Counted from the stretch's first letter, positions 19,110 through 28,893 are shown. The stretch is DNA of 64,000 nucleotides from an uncultured Erysipelotrichaceae bacterium (GCA_902789425.1 CADANX010000001.1:16206-80205); one strand, 5' to 3'. Notes: generated by a model not told the origin, from the letters alone. Numbers and translations are program-made.

Positions 19110-20456
19110 CTACTTTCCTAAACAAAAGTTACTAAATAAAGTATCAACTAATTTATCATCATAACTCTCACCTATTATTTCACCAAGTACTTCACAAATT
19201 TCTTTTATATCTATTTCAAGCATATCAATTGGTAAATCTTCATCTAATGATTTTTCTAATTTTTTTGATAAGTTAATTGCTTTTTTAACTAGTGATATTT
19301 GTCTTGAATTTGATAAATATGTAAAGTCTTTATTATTTAATTCTTCAAGATTAAATAGTTCACTTATTTTATCTTTTATTTCATCAATACCTTGATTATT
19401 TATTGCTGAAACATTTACTGTTTCTAAATCTAAATCTAAATCTATTTTTTTATCTAAATCTATTTTATTAACAACTATAATTCTTTTTTTATTCTTTGTT
19501 TTTTCTAATAATTCTTTGTCTTCTTTTGTTAATTTTTCATTATTATTAAATACTAAGATTATTAAATCGGATTTATCAATAAGATTTAATGATTTTTCAA
19601 CACCAATTTTTTCAACTACATCTTTTGTTTCTCTAATACCTGCTGTATCAATAATATTTAATAATACTCCATTTATTCTTATATTTCCTTCGACTATATC
19701 TCTTGTTGTACCAGCAACATCTGTTACTATTGCTTTTTCTTCTTCTATTAATCTATTAAGAATAGAACTTTTTCCTACATTTGGTTTTCCGATTATTAAT
19801 GTATCTATACCTTCTTTTATAATTTTTCCGTTTTCACTTTCTTTTAAAAGTTTATTTAATTTTTCATTAATATAATCACTTATTTCTTTTACATTAGATT
19901 TAGTCATTATTTCAATATCTTCATATTCTGGGTAATCAATATTAACTTCGATATTAGCATTTAAATCTATTAATCTTTTAATAATTTCTTTTATTAATGA
20001 AGAAATTTTTCCGTTAATACCATTTATTGCTAGTTTTCTAGAACCTTCTGTTTTTGCATTTATTAAATCCATAACACTTTCCGCTTCAAGAAGATCAATT
20101 CTTCCATTTAAAAATGCTCTTTTTGTAAATTCTCCTGGTTCTGCAAGTCTTGCACCATTAATAAGTAATAATTCTAATATTTTATTTGTAGTAGCAATTG
20201 ATCCATGTGAATTAATCTCTACTACATCTTCCATAGTAAAAGTTTTAGGAGCTCTCATAACTGAAACCATTACTTCATCTATTACTTCATTTTCATAAAT
20301 AATATGTCCATAATTAATTGTATGACTCTTTACTTTAGTTAAATCTTTATCAAATATTTTATTAACAATATCAATTGAATTATCTCCACTAACTCTAATT
20401 ATTGATATTGCACCTACTCCCATTGCTGTTGAAATTGCAGCTATACAATCGTTCAT
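19110..20456 (-). CDS. mnmE: tRNA modification GTPase
   Basis: I prefer the start MNDCIAAIST (20456), preceded by GGGGAGTGA. The G1 motif GKPNVGKSS and the C-terminal CLGK are present. Confidence 0.95.
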   Translation of the reverse strand: MNDCIAAISTAMGVGAISIIRVSGDNSIDIVNKIFDKDLTKVKSHTINYGHIIYENEVIDEVMVSVMRAPKTFTMEDVVEINSHGSIATTNKILELLLINGARLAEPGEFTKRAFLNGRIDLLEAESVMDLINAKTEGSRKLAINGINGKISSLIKEIIKRLIDLNANIEVNIDYPEYEDIEIMTKSNVKEISDYINEKLNKLLKESENGKIIKEGIDTLIIGKPNVGKSSILNRLIEEEKAIVTDVAGTTRDIVEGNIRINGVLLNIIDTAGIRETKDVVEKIGVEKSLNLIDKSDLIILVFNNNEKLTKEDKELLEKTKNKKRIIVVNKIDLDKKIDLDLDLETVNVSAINNQGIDEIKDKISELFNLEELNNKDFTYLSNSRQISLVKKAINLSKKLEKSLDEDLPIDMLEIDIKEICEVLGEIIGESYDDKLVDTLFSNFCLGK

Positions 20457-20509
20457 ATAATCACTCCCCATTACCTTTATTATAACAAAAAAAAGAGTTT
20501 TATTAAACT

Positions 20510-21118
20510 CTATTTTACTGGCTTTACAACTACATATCTATTTGGTTCTTCACCTTCAGATAATGTTGTAACATTTTTATTTTTTGAAATTATATTATGA
20601 ACAATTCTTCTTTCATATGAATTCATTGAATCCATTTTAACTTCTACTCCTGTTTTTTCTACTTCTTTTGCTATTTTTTTAGCTAAAAATTCAATGTTTC
20701 TTTCTCTTTTAACTTTATAATTTTCAACATCTAATAATATATTAGCAGCTACTCCTGTTTTATTTAAAATAGCTTGTCTTAATATATTTTGTAATGATAA
20801 TAATGTTTTTCCATTTTTACCAATTAATAATGGATTTTCATTTGAATGAAGTGTTAGTTTTAAAAAGTTTTCATTTCTTTTTGTTTCTATTTGAACTTCA
20901 ATTCCCATTCCATTAATAATTTCTTTTAAAAACTCTTTAGAAAATTCAAGTACGTCAGTTTTTAAAATAACATTCATTATGTATTTTTTCTTTTTTAGTA
21001 ACCCTACTTTTTCTTCTGTAATGTTATAAAACATTTCTTCTTCTTTAACATTTAATTCTTTTAAAGCATTTAATACTACTTCTTCTTCTGTTTTAGCTTC
21101 AAATACATATTTTTCCAT
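20510..21118 (-). CDS. jag: Jag/KhpB RNA-binding protein (KH plus R3H)
   Basis: About 202 aa counted from MEKYVF. The R3H region is MNSYERRIVHNII, and the gene lies downstream of yidC. Confidence 0.88.
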   Translation of the reverse strand: MEKYVFEAKTEEEVVLNALKELNVKEEEMFYNITEEKVGLLKKKKYIMNVILKTDVLEFSKEFLKEIINGMGIEVQIETKRNENFLKLTLHSNENPLLIGKNGKTLLSLQNILRQAILNKTGVAANILLDVENYKVKRERNIEFLAKKIAKEVEKTGVEVKMDSMNSYERRIVHNIISKNKNVTTLSEGEEPNRYVVVKPVK

Positions 21119-21119
21119 A

Positions 21120-22061
21120 CTACTCACCTTTTCCCTCGTTCATTTTCTTAACAATAATAGTTTGAATTATTGTAAATGTTGTTGATGCAATCCAATATAA
21201 TGATAATGCTACTGAAAAGTTTAATGACATTACAGCAATCATAATTATCATTGTATTCATCATAACATTTGGATCAACTCCATCACTTGATTTTGGTACT
21301 TGAACCAATCTTTGTGATATAAATGTTGTTAATATAATTAATAAAACAACTATTATGTATAAGTAATGACCAGATGAAATTGCTTTCATTGGTGTTGTAC
21401 CAAGTACTAGTCCAAATAATTTTTCTTCAAAAATGACTGGTACTCTATTTATAGCTTCAAAGAAAGCGTATAATATTGGTAATTGAATAAATGCTGTTAA
21501 ACAACTAGATAAAGGATTGAAATTATATTTTTTATATAAAGTCATCATTTCCATAGATTTTTTATTTAATGATTCTGTATCATTTTTATTTTCATATTTT
21601 TTATTTATTCTATCTATCTCTGGTTGCATTTTTTTCATAACAGCAGATTGATTTGTTGCTTTTAAAGTAAATGGTAATAATAATACTCTAATTAAAACAC
21701 CTATTATAATTAGAGATAAACCGTAATTTTTAATTACATTACCTAATTTAATTATTAATAATGCAAGTGGTTTAACAAATAAAGTTTCCCATAATCCATC
21801 ATAAGAACTATCACTTAACTTATAAGTTTTACAAGCTGGTAATTTATCTATATCTATTTCTTTTTTATATTTATTATATTCCTTAATAACTCCCTTATTT
21901 GTTGGTTTACAAAGAATATTTTTATTTAATGTTATCTTAACTGAATTATTTTCATAATAAACAACTTTCTTAGTTTTTGGATCTTTTAGTGAAACTGTAC
22001 ACCCTGTTACTGTAATAAGTAATAATACTAAAAGTAAAATTTTATTTATTTTTTTCTTCAT
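21120..22061 (-). CDS. yidC: membrane protein insertase YidC/SpoIIIJ (lipoprotein type)
   Basis: I prefer the start MKKKINKILL (22061), preceded by GAAGGAGA. It has the lipobox ITVTGC and a conserved 60-kDa insertase core. Confidence 0.92.
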   Translation of the reverse strand: MKKKINKILLLVLLLITVTGCTVSLKDPKTKKVVYYENNSVKITLNKNILCKPTNKGVIKEYNKYKKEIDIDKLPACKTYKLSDSSYDGLWETLFVKPLALLIIKLGNVIKNYGLSLIIIGVLIRVLLLPFTLKATNQSAVMKKMQPEIDRINKKYENKNDTESLNKKSMEMMTLYKKYNFNPLSSCLTAFIQLPILYAFFEAINRVPVIFEEKLFGLVLGTTPMKAISSGHYLYIIVVLLIILTTFISQRLVQVPKSSDGVDPNVMMNTMIIMIAVMSLNFSVALSLYWIASTTFTIIQTIIVKKMNEGKGE

Positions 22062-22395
22062 TATTATCTCCTTCAACAATTTTTAATAAACTAATAAGAT
22101 TCGATTTTTTCTCTTCAAAATCAATCGAATTAATTTCTCTGTTTAATATTATAACATAATCTTTATTCTTAGAAAATAATAAATTGCTTTTATCTATAAT
22201 ATCTTTTACTTGCCTTTTATTCTTATTTCTTGTAACAGCATTACCTAATTTTTTTGAAACGCATATTCCAAATCTATATTTATCTAAGTTATTGTTTTCC
22301 TTATATATAATATAGTATTTATTTTTGTATTTTTTTCCATTTAGAATAACATTATTAAAATCTTTTTCTTTCTTTATTATATTAATTTTTTTCAT
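22042..22395 (-). CDS. rnpA: ribonuclease P protein component
   Basis: 117 aa, basic, located between rpmH and yidC. It contains the motif KKLGNAVTRNKNKRQ. Confidence 0.9.
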   Translation of the reverse strand: MKKINIIKKEKDFNNVILNGKKYKNKYYIIYKENNNLDKYRFGICVSKKLGNAVTRNKNKRQVKDIIDKSNLLFSKNKDYVIILNREINSIDFEEKKSNLISLLKIVEGDNNEEKNK

Positions 22396-22437
22396 AATTC
22401 ACCTTTTAATACAAAAAAAACCACTATTGTGGATTTA

Positions 22438-22560
22438 TTATTTAGATAGTACTTTACGACCTTTTTTTCTTCTTCTATTGATTACTTTACCTTTAATTCT
22501 AGAAAAGAATCCATGTTTTTTAGATCTTTTTCTATTATTTGGTTGAAATGTTCTTTTCAT
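22438..22560 (-). CDS. rpmH: 50S ribosomal protein L34
   Basis: Not in the ORF track. The minus strand reads [40 protein letters not shown] (40 aa), with GGAGGTG upstream. Confidence 0.92.
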   Translation of the reverse strand: MKRTFQPNNRKRSKKHGFFSRIKGKVINRRRKKGRKVLSK

Positions 22561-22593
22561 AATTACACCTCCAAGTCCATAAAAAACATAACA

Positions 22594-22622
22594 ATTATAA
22601 TATTTTTTTACAATAAAGTCAA
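22594..22622 (-). promoter_or_regulatory. sigma-A type promoter for rpmH-rnpA
   Basis: The minus strand reads TTGACT (22622-22617), a 17-nt spacer, then TATAAT (22599-22594). Confidence 0.6.
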
Positions 22623-22648
22623 ACCTTTTTTTATACTTTTACATTTTT

Positions 22649-22715
22649 TTGATATAAAAAAATATTTTGAATATAATTAAATATATTGATATTTTTTATT
22701 TTTTTTTGATATAAT
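22649..22715 (+). promoter_or_regulatory. two tandem sigma-A type promoters upstream of murE
   Basis: The first is TTGATA (22649), 17 nt, TATAAT (22672). The second is TTGATA (22686), 18 nt, TGaTATAAT (22710). AT-rich DNA inflates chance matches. Confidence 0.4.
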
Positions 22716-22736
22716 CAAGTCAAAGAGGTGATTTAA

Positions 22737-24095
22737 ATGATAGATATTAAAACAAATTCAAGAAAAGTAAAAGAAGGAGATACATTTATTGCAATTAAGA
22801 ATGTTAATACAGATGGACATGACTTTATAGAAGATGCAATTAAAAATGGAGCTAAAAAAATAATATGTGAAAAGGGGAATTATCCTGTTGAAACAGTAAT
22901 AGTTCCAGATACTAAAAAATATTTAAATGAATACTTATATGAAAATTATTATCCTAAATTTAAAGATATGAAATTAATTGGTGTAACAGGAACAAATGGT
23001 AAAACAACAACTTGTTATTTAATATTTCAATTGTTGAATAAATTAAATATTAAATGTGCTTATATAGGAACAATTGGTTTTTATTATAATGATGTTAAAA
23101 AAACATTAAATAATACAACGCCTGATACTGACTTACTTTATGAAATGTTTTTAGAAGCAAAAGAAAATGGATGTGAATGTGTAGTAATGGAAGTAAGTTC
23201 ACATGCTCTTGATAAAAATAGAATATATGGACTTGAATTTGATGAAGTAGCATTTACAAATCTTACACAAGATCATTTAGATTATCATAAAACTATTGAT
23301 AATTATATTAAAGCAAAACAAATATTATTTGAAAAAACTAGAAATGATAAAATAGCAATAATTAATGGTGATGTAGAATTCCATGAAAAATTCATTAATA
23401 AGAATAATAAAAATATAATTATAAGTGATACAAAAGGGGACTTACTTATAAAAGATATGAAGTTTAATATTAATAGTACTGATATTAAATTTAGCTATAA
23501 CAATAATGATTATGAAGTTACTACTAATATGGTTGGAAGATATAATGTTTATAATTATTTAACTTCACTTTTATTAATTGAAAATTTAGGTGTTGATATA
23601 AATAAAATTATAGATATAACAAAAGAAATTAAAGCACCAGATGGTAGAATGGAATGTATTCATTATAATAACAATAGTATTTTTATTGATTATGCACATA
23701 CACCAGATGCTGTTTTAAATGTATTAAATAGTGCAAAAGAATATAAAAAAGGTAAGATAATAACAATAATAGGTTGCGGTGGAGATAGAGATAGAACTAA
23801 AAGACCTATTATGGGAAATATAGCTGAAGAAAATTCTGATTTTGTAATATTAACTAATGATAATCCAAGAACAGAAGATGAAAAACAAATTATGAATGAT
23901 ATATTAGAAGGTATTAAAAAAGATAATCATATTGTTATTCATGATAGAAAAGAAGCTATAGAAAAAGGTATTGATATGCTTAATAAAAATGATATATTAA
24001 TGATTCTTGGAAAAGGTCATGAAGATTATCAAATAATTGGAACAGAAAAAATTCATTTTAGTGATAAAGAGGTTGTAGAAAATTATATAAAATAG
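22737..24095 (+). CDS. murE: UDP-N-acetylmuramoyl-L-alanyl-D-glutamate--2,6-diaminopimelate ligase
   Basis: 452 aa with the P-loop VTGTNGKTTT and a DNPR motif (LTNDNPRTED). DNPR is associated with meso-DAP specificity. Confidence 0.92.
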   Translation: MIDIKTNSRKVKEGDTFIAIKNVNTDGHDFIEDAIKNGAKKIICEKGNYPVETVIVPDTKKYLNEYLYENYYPKFKDMKLIGVTGTNGKTTTCYLIFQLLNKLNIKCAYIGTIGFYYNDVKKTLNNTTPDTDLLYEMFLEAKENGCECVVMEVSSHALDKNRIYGLEFDEVAFTNLTQDHLDYHKTIDNYIKAKQILFEKTRNDKIAIINGDVEFHEKFINKNNKNIIISDTKGDLLIKDMKFNINSTDIKFSYNNNDYEVTTNMVGRYNVYNYLTSLLLIENLGVDINKIIDITKEIKAPDGRMECIHYNNNSIFIDYAHTPDAVLNVLNSAKEYKKGKIITIIGCGGDRDRTKRPIMGNIAEENSDFVILTNDNPRTEDEKQIMNDILEGIKKDNHIVIHDRKEAIEKGIDMLNKNDILMILGKGHEDYQIIGTEKIHFSDKEVVENYIK

Positions 24096-24102
24096 GTGGG
24101 TT

Positions 24103-24591
24103 ATGAGTAAATATAGAATAAATAATGTTGATAAATTTATAAAATTTATTATTCCTTTATTTGCCGAAAACTGCAACATGATTGAGATACAAAATAATAG
24201 GGATGCCATTATTTATTTTACTCATGGCGGTTGCTATGAATTTGCTAAGGCAATTAAACATTTTTTTAAAACTTCAAAATTTGTAATAAATAATAATAAT
24301 GATCATATTGCTATATTATACAATGGTGAAATATATGATGCATATAATTACTTATCAGAAGAAGAATTATTTAACTTAACTGTACATAATGATGATATAC
24401 ATAAAATTTTAACGAAATTTGAAATAATTAATGAAGATGAAATTGAAAAATACAATAATTTTGGAATGAATATAAAAATAGAAGATAAAAGTATCGATAA
24501 ATGGATAATAGATGAAATTAATGATATTGAAAGTATAGAGGTTTATGATGAAAACATTAAAACAATTAAACGTACAATTACTTATAAATGA
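24103..24591 (+). CDS. hypothetical protein inserted between murE and murF
   Basis: 162 aa, preceded by GGTGGG. Its 3-prime end overlaps the murF start by about 47 nt. No family was recognised. It contains HGGCYEFAKAI ... DHIAILYNGEIYDA. Confidence 0.55.
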   Translation: MSKYRINNVDKFIKFIIPLFAENCNMIEIQNNRDAIIYFTHGGCYEFAKAIKHFFKTSKFVINNNNDHIAILYNGEIYDAYNYLSEEELFNLTVHNDDIHKILTKFEIINEDEIEKYNNFGMNIKIEDKSIDKWIIDEINDIESIEVYDENIKTIKRTITYK

Positions 24592-25936
24592 GTTTAATGC
24601 AAAAATCATTTATGGAAATGAATCAGAAACATTAGAAAATTTTTCTAAAGATACAAGAGAAATAAAAGAAAATGATGTTTATGTTGGAATAAAAGGTGAA
24701 AACTTTGATGGTAATTTATTTTATGAAGATGCATTTAACAAAGGTGCTAAAATAGCAATTTTAGAAAAAAAATCAATTGATGAAGATAATATTAAAAAAT
24801 ATGATAATAAAACAGTTATATTAGTTGATAACTCAATTGAATTACTTCAAAAATTAGCTAATTATAAAATTAAAAATTCTAATGTTAAGGTAGTTGCTGT
24901 AACAGGTAGTGTAGGTAAAACAAGTACTAAAGATATAGTTTATAATACAATTAAAACTAAATATAGAGTAATCAAAACAGAAGGTAATTTAAACAATCAC
25001 TTAGGATTACCATTAACAATACTTAGATTAAAAGATGAAGAAGTAATTGTACTAGAAATGGGAATGAATCACTTTAATGAAATAAGTATACTTAGTAAAA
25101 TAGCTATGCCTGATATAGCAATAATAACAAATATTGGTACAGCTCATATAGGTAACTTAGGTTCAAGAGAAAATATTCTAAAAGCTAAACTTGAAATTTT
25201 AGATGGAATGAATAATGGTACTTTAATAATTAATAATGATAATGATTTATTACATGAACATTTAGATGAAATTAAAAAGAAAACTAATGTAATAACAGTA
25301 GGAATAGACAATAAAAGTAATTATAATGCGACTAATATTGTGGATAATGTTTTTTCATCTGAATTTAAAATAAATAATAATGATTTTAAAATAAATGTTG
25401 GCGGAAAACCTTTTATATATAATAGTTTAGTATCTTATGCTGTGGGAAAACTACTTAATATAGACGATAAAGATATTATAAAAGGTATTAAAGAATTTAA
25501 ACTTTCTAATAATAGAATGGAACTTATAAATATTAATGGATATACATTAATAAATGATACATATAATGCAAGTTATGATTCAGTAATAGCAGCTATTGAT
25601 CTAGTATCTAAATCAAATTATAAAAGAAAAATACTTATATTAGGTGATATATTAGAACTTGGTGAATTTAGTTCAAAAATACACGAAGACATTGGAAAAT
25701 ATATAATAAATAAAAATATAACAAGTGTTATTTTAATAGGAAATGAAGTAAATAACATAAAAAAAGTACTAGAAAATAATAAATTTAATGAAATTTACTC
25801 ATTTAAGTCTGAAGAATTATCATATAATTTTTTAGATGAATATTTAAGTAAAGATGATATAGTTTTAATAAAAGGATCTCATGGAATGAATCTTATCAAC
25901 ATAGTTAATTATTTAAAAACATCAAAAAGTGAATAA
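24545..25936 (+). CDS. murF: UDP-N-acetylmuramoyl-tripeptide--D-alanyl-D-alanine ligase
   Basis: 463 aa with the P-loop VTGSVGKTSTKD. AGAGGT lies just upstream of the ATGATG start. Confidence 0.93.
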   Translation: MMKTLKQLNVQLLINEFNAKIIYGNESETLENFSKDTREIKENDVYVGIKGENFDGNLFYEDAFNKGAKIAILEKKSIDEDNIKKYDNKTVILVDNSIELLQKLANYKIKNSNVKVVAVTGSVGKTSTKDIVYNTIKTKYRVIKTEGNLNNHLGLPLTILRLKDEEVIVLEMGMNHFNEISILSKIAMPDIAIITNIGTAHIGNLGSRENILKAKLEILDGMNNGTLIINNDNDLLHEHLDEIKKKTNVITVGIDNKSNYNATNIVDNVFSSEFKINNNDFKINVGGKPFIYNSLVSYAVGKLLNIDDKDIIKGIKEFKLSNNRMELININGYTLINDTYNASYDSVIAAIDLVSKSNYKRKILILGDILELGEFSSKIHEDIGKYIINKNITSVILIGNEVNNIKKVLENNKFNEIYSFKSEELSYNFLDEYLSKDDIVLIKGSHGMNLINIVNYLKTSKSE

Positions 25937-25950
25937 AATCACTTTTTTTT
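25926..25950 (+). terminator. intrinsic terminator after murF
   Basis: Stem AAAGTGA (25926-25932) / TCACTTT (25939-25945), followed by 8 T. Confidence 0.7.
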
Positions 25951-26139
25951 GTGGAAAACTTTCAATTTTTTTATTATAATATAAGGCATATTCTTATTTA
26001 TAAACATATCAACAATACCTGTTTATAACTCTTTATTGTAGATAATTTTATAAACATCTATTGAAATGTGGAAAATGTGGATAACTTTTCAATTTTCTTA
26101 TTTTACATAGAAATATTATCCACAGTATAGTGTGGAAGA
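25950..26139. promoter_or_regulatory. oriC left part: DnaA-box cluster upstream of dnaA
   Basis: Perfect boxes are TGTGGATAA (26076-26084) and TTATCCACA (26116-26124). One-mismatch TGTGGAAAA occurs at 25950-25958 and 26067-26075, and TGTGGAAGA at 26131-26139. Three TTATAAACA-type variants lie at 25998, 26020 (inverted) and 26048. Confidence 0.85.
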
Positions 26140-26225
26140 AAAAAAGTTGTCTAAATCTTATTGTAATAAAAGCAAAAGGGAATATAATTAAATTATAGGC
26201 TAAAACGAAGTGGGGAGGTGGTTAA

Positions 26226-27593
26226 ATGAATAATAATGAGAAAATATGGAATAATTTTCTAGGCGTAATGAAGTCTAGATTAAATTCTTTATCTTTTAAT
26301 ACTTGGTTTAAAGATACATCATTGTATGAACTTAATAATGGTAAAGCAAAAGTAATTGTTCCAACAACAACTCATAAAAAACATCTTACAGTATCTTATA
26401 TTGATCTAATAGATGAAATATTTGATTCATTAACTGGAACTCACTTTGAATTTGAATTCTTACTTGAAAATGAAATTAATGAAATAAAAAAAGAAGTTGT
26501 TGAAGATTCAATGGATGTTGGTGTTCCTTATTATAGTGCTGAAAAAGCTAATTTAAATAAAGATTATACATTTGATAACTTTATTGTTGGTACATCAAAC
26601 AAATTTGCACAAGCTACAGCACTTGCAGTAGCTGAAAATCCAGGTAAAATGTATAATCCGCTTTTTATATATGGAAATAGTGGACTTGGAAAAACACACT
26701 TAATGCATGCAATTGGTAATTATATTATAAAGAATACTAATTTAAGAGTATTATATGTAACATGTGAACAATTTATCTCTGACTTTTTAGGATTAAATAG
26801 AAGAGAAAAGGATGGAACTAATTTTAATATTGCTGATAGATTTAAAGATAAATATAGAAATATAGATGTTTTAATAATAGATGATATTCAATTTTTAGGA
26901 ACAGCTCCTAAAACACAAGAAGCATTTTTCCACACATATAATGACCTATATGAAGGTAGAAAACAAATAATTATATCATCAGATACTTCTCCAGATGATT
27001 TAAAAAATCTAGAAGATAGACTTAGAACAAGATTTTCACAAGGTTTAACAGTAAATATTTATCCACCAGATAACCAATTAAGAAAAGATATATTATATAA
27101 AAAGATAGAAGCTATGAATTTTGCACAGCATATAAATGATGATGTAATTGAATATATAGCTAATAACTGTCATTCAGATATAAGAAAGCTTGAAGGAGCT
27201 TTAACAAGAGTATGTGCATATTCAACAATATTCTTCCAAGAAGAAATAACACTTGATTTAGCTGTAGATGCTCTTAAAGAAACAATAAGTAAAAGTAATT
27301 TTGTATCCAAAAATGATATAAATAGAATTCAAAGAGTTGTTGCAGAGTATTATAATGTAACAGTTGAAGATTTAAAATCAAAGAAAAGGGTTGCTACAAT
27401 AGCATTTCCAAGGCAAATAGCCATTTATTTATCAAGACAATTAACTGATGAATCCTTTCCAAGAATAGGTATGGAATTTGGAGGAAGAGATCATTCTACT
27501 GTGATACATTCAGTTGATAAAATAGCAAACGAAATAACAACTAACAAACAACTAAGTAAAATAATAGATGAAATAAAGAAAAAATTAGAATAG
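26226..27593 (+). CDS. dnaA: chromosomal replication initiator protein DnaA
   Basis: 455 aa with the Walker A motif GNSGLGKTHL and the C-terminal DNA-binding region FGGRDHSTVIHS. GGGGAGGTGG is the RBS. Confidence 0.98.
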   Translation: MNNNEKIWNNFLGVMKSRLNSLSFNTWFKDTSLYELNNGKAKVIVPTTTHKKHLTVSYIDLIDEIFDSLTGTHFEFEFLLENEINEIKKEVVEDSMDVGVPYYSAEKANLNKDYTFDNFIVGTSNKFAQATALAVAENPGKMYNPLFIYGNSGLGKTHLMHAIGNYIIKNTNLRVLYVTCEQFISDFLGLNRREKDGTNFNIADRFKDKYRNIDVLIIDDIQFLGTAPKTQEAFFHTYNDLYEGRKQIIISSDTSPDDLKNLEDRLRTRFSQGLTVNIYPPDNQLRKDILYKKIEAMNFAQHINDDVIEYIANNCHSDIRKLEGALTRVCAYSTIFFQEEITLDLAVDALKETISKSNFVSKNDINRIQRVVAEYYNVTVEDLKSKKRVATIAFPRQIAIYLSRQLTDESFPRIGMEFGGRDHSTVIHSVDKIANEITTNKQLSKIIDEIKKKLE

Positions 27594-27745
27594 TGGATAA
27601 ATTAAAAGTTATTAATAAATAATTAACAAGTAATCAACAGTAAAAATATGTTATAAATAAAGGAAAAAATATATTTATTAACAGTTTTCCACTTCATAAT
27701 AATAATAATTAATGTTATAATATAATTAATAAAAATAAATTTTCG
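27592..27745. promoter_or_regulatory. oriC right part: weak DnaA boxes plus an AT-rich candidate unwinding region between dnaA and dnaN
   Basis: AGTGGATAA lies at 27592-27600 and TTTTCCACT at 27685-27693. A nearly pure A/T stretch follows, including (TAA)x4 at 27697-27708. Confidence 0.6.
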
Positions 27746-27771
27746 CAATAATCGACAAGGAGGGTTTTATT

Positions 27772-28893
27772 ATGAAATTTAGTATAAAAAAAGAAATATT
27801 ATTAGAAAACTTAAATAATGTATCAAAAGCTGTATCATCTAAAAATGTTATACCTGTATTAGGTGGTATAAGATTTAATTTAACAAAGGATGGTTTATAT
27901 TTAACAGCAACTAATAATGAAATAGATATAGAATCATTTATTGAAACAAAACTTATAGATAAAGTAGAGGAATTAGGATCAATAGTTATTCAAGGTAAAT
28001 ATTTGATAGAAATAGTTAGAAAACTACCAAATGGTATTATTAATATAGAAGTAGTAGATGGACTTAAAATAATTTTATACACAGCAAATTCTACATTTAA
28101 TTTAAATGGTATTGATTCTAGTGAATTTCCTAATTTAAAAATTGAAAAGTCTACTAATCCTATAGTATTAAGTAATAAGAATTTAAGAAATATTATTAAT
28201 CAAACAATATTTGCTACATCAACTCAAGAATCAAGACCAATATTAACAGGTATTAATTTTAAAATAGAAAAAGACATTATGGAATGTGTTGCTACAGATT
28301 CTTATAGATTGAGTAAAAAAATAATTAAACTTGATAATACTGTGGATAACATTATTAATATAGTTATTCCATCAAAAAACATTGGTGAACTTATTAAAGT
28401 ACTTGAAGATAATGATGATAAAGTTAATATTCATATATTCTCAAATAAAATATTATTTGAATTTGAAAATATATTATTTCAATCAAGATTATTAAATGGA
28501 AATTTTCCAGATACTTCAAGATTAATTCCAAGTGAGTTTAAATTTACTATTAAAGCTAATTTAAATGAGCTATATGAAGTAATTGATAGAGCATCATTAC
28601 TTACTAGTGAAAAAGATAAAAATGTCATTAAATTTGAGACAAACGGAAATATATTAACAATTAGTTCAAATACACCAGAAATCGGTAAAGTAGAAGAAAA
28701 ACTTGCTATATCTAAAGATAATAGTGAAAATATTAAAATTGCCTTTTCTTCAAAATATATGATGGATGCATTAAGAACTATCACAAGTACTAATGTTGTT
28801 ATATTATTAAATTCTGATATAACACCTATTATTATTAATAATGAAGATGATGATACATTAGTTGAATTATTATTACCAATTAAAACTTATTAA
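27772..28893 (+). CDS. dnaN: DNA polymerase III beta sliding clamp
   Basis: 373 aa, located downstream of dnaA. The sequence is typical for a clamp (SRPILTGINF, LLPIKTY end). AAGGAGGG is the RBS. Confidence 0.96.
   Translation: MKFSIKKEILLENLNNVSKAVSSKNVIPVLGGIRFNLTKDGLYLTATNNEIDIESFIETKLIDKVEELGSIVIQGKYLIEIVRKLPNGIINIEVVDGLKIILYTANSTFNLNGIDSSEFPNLKIEKSTNPIVLSNKNLRNIINQTIFATSTQESRPILTGINFKIEKDIMECVATDSYRLSKKIIKLDNTVDNIINIVIPSKNIGELIKVLEDNDDKVNIHIFSNKILFEFENILFQSRLLNGNFPDTSRLIPSEFKFTIKANLNELYEVIDRASLLTSEKDKNVIKFETNGNILTISSNTPEIGKVEEKLAISKDNSENIKIAFSSKYMMDALRTITSTNVVILLNSDITPIIINNEDDDTLVELLLPIKTY

Noticed and set aside
22325-22546. 73-aa plus-strand ORF across the rnpA/rpmH junction.
   Set aside because: It is antisense to rnpA and to the L34 gene (22438-22560), both clearly real.
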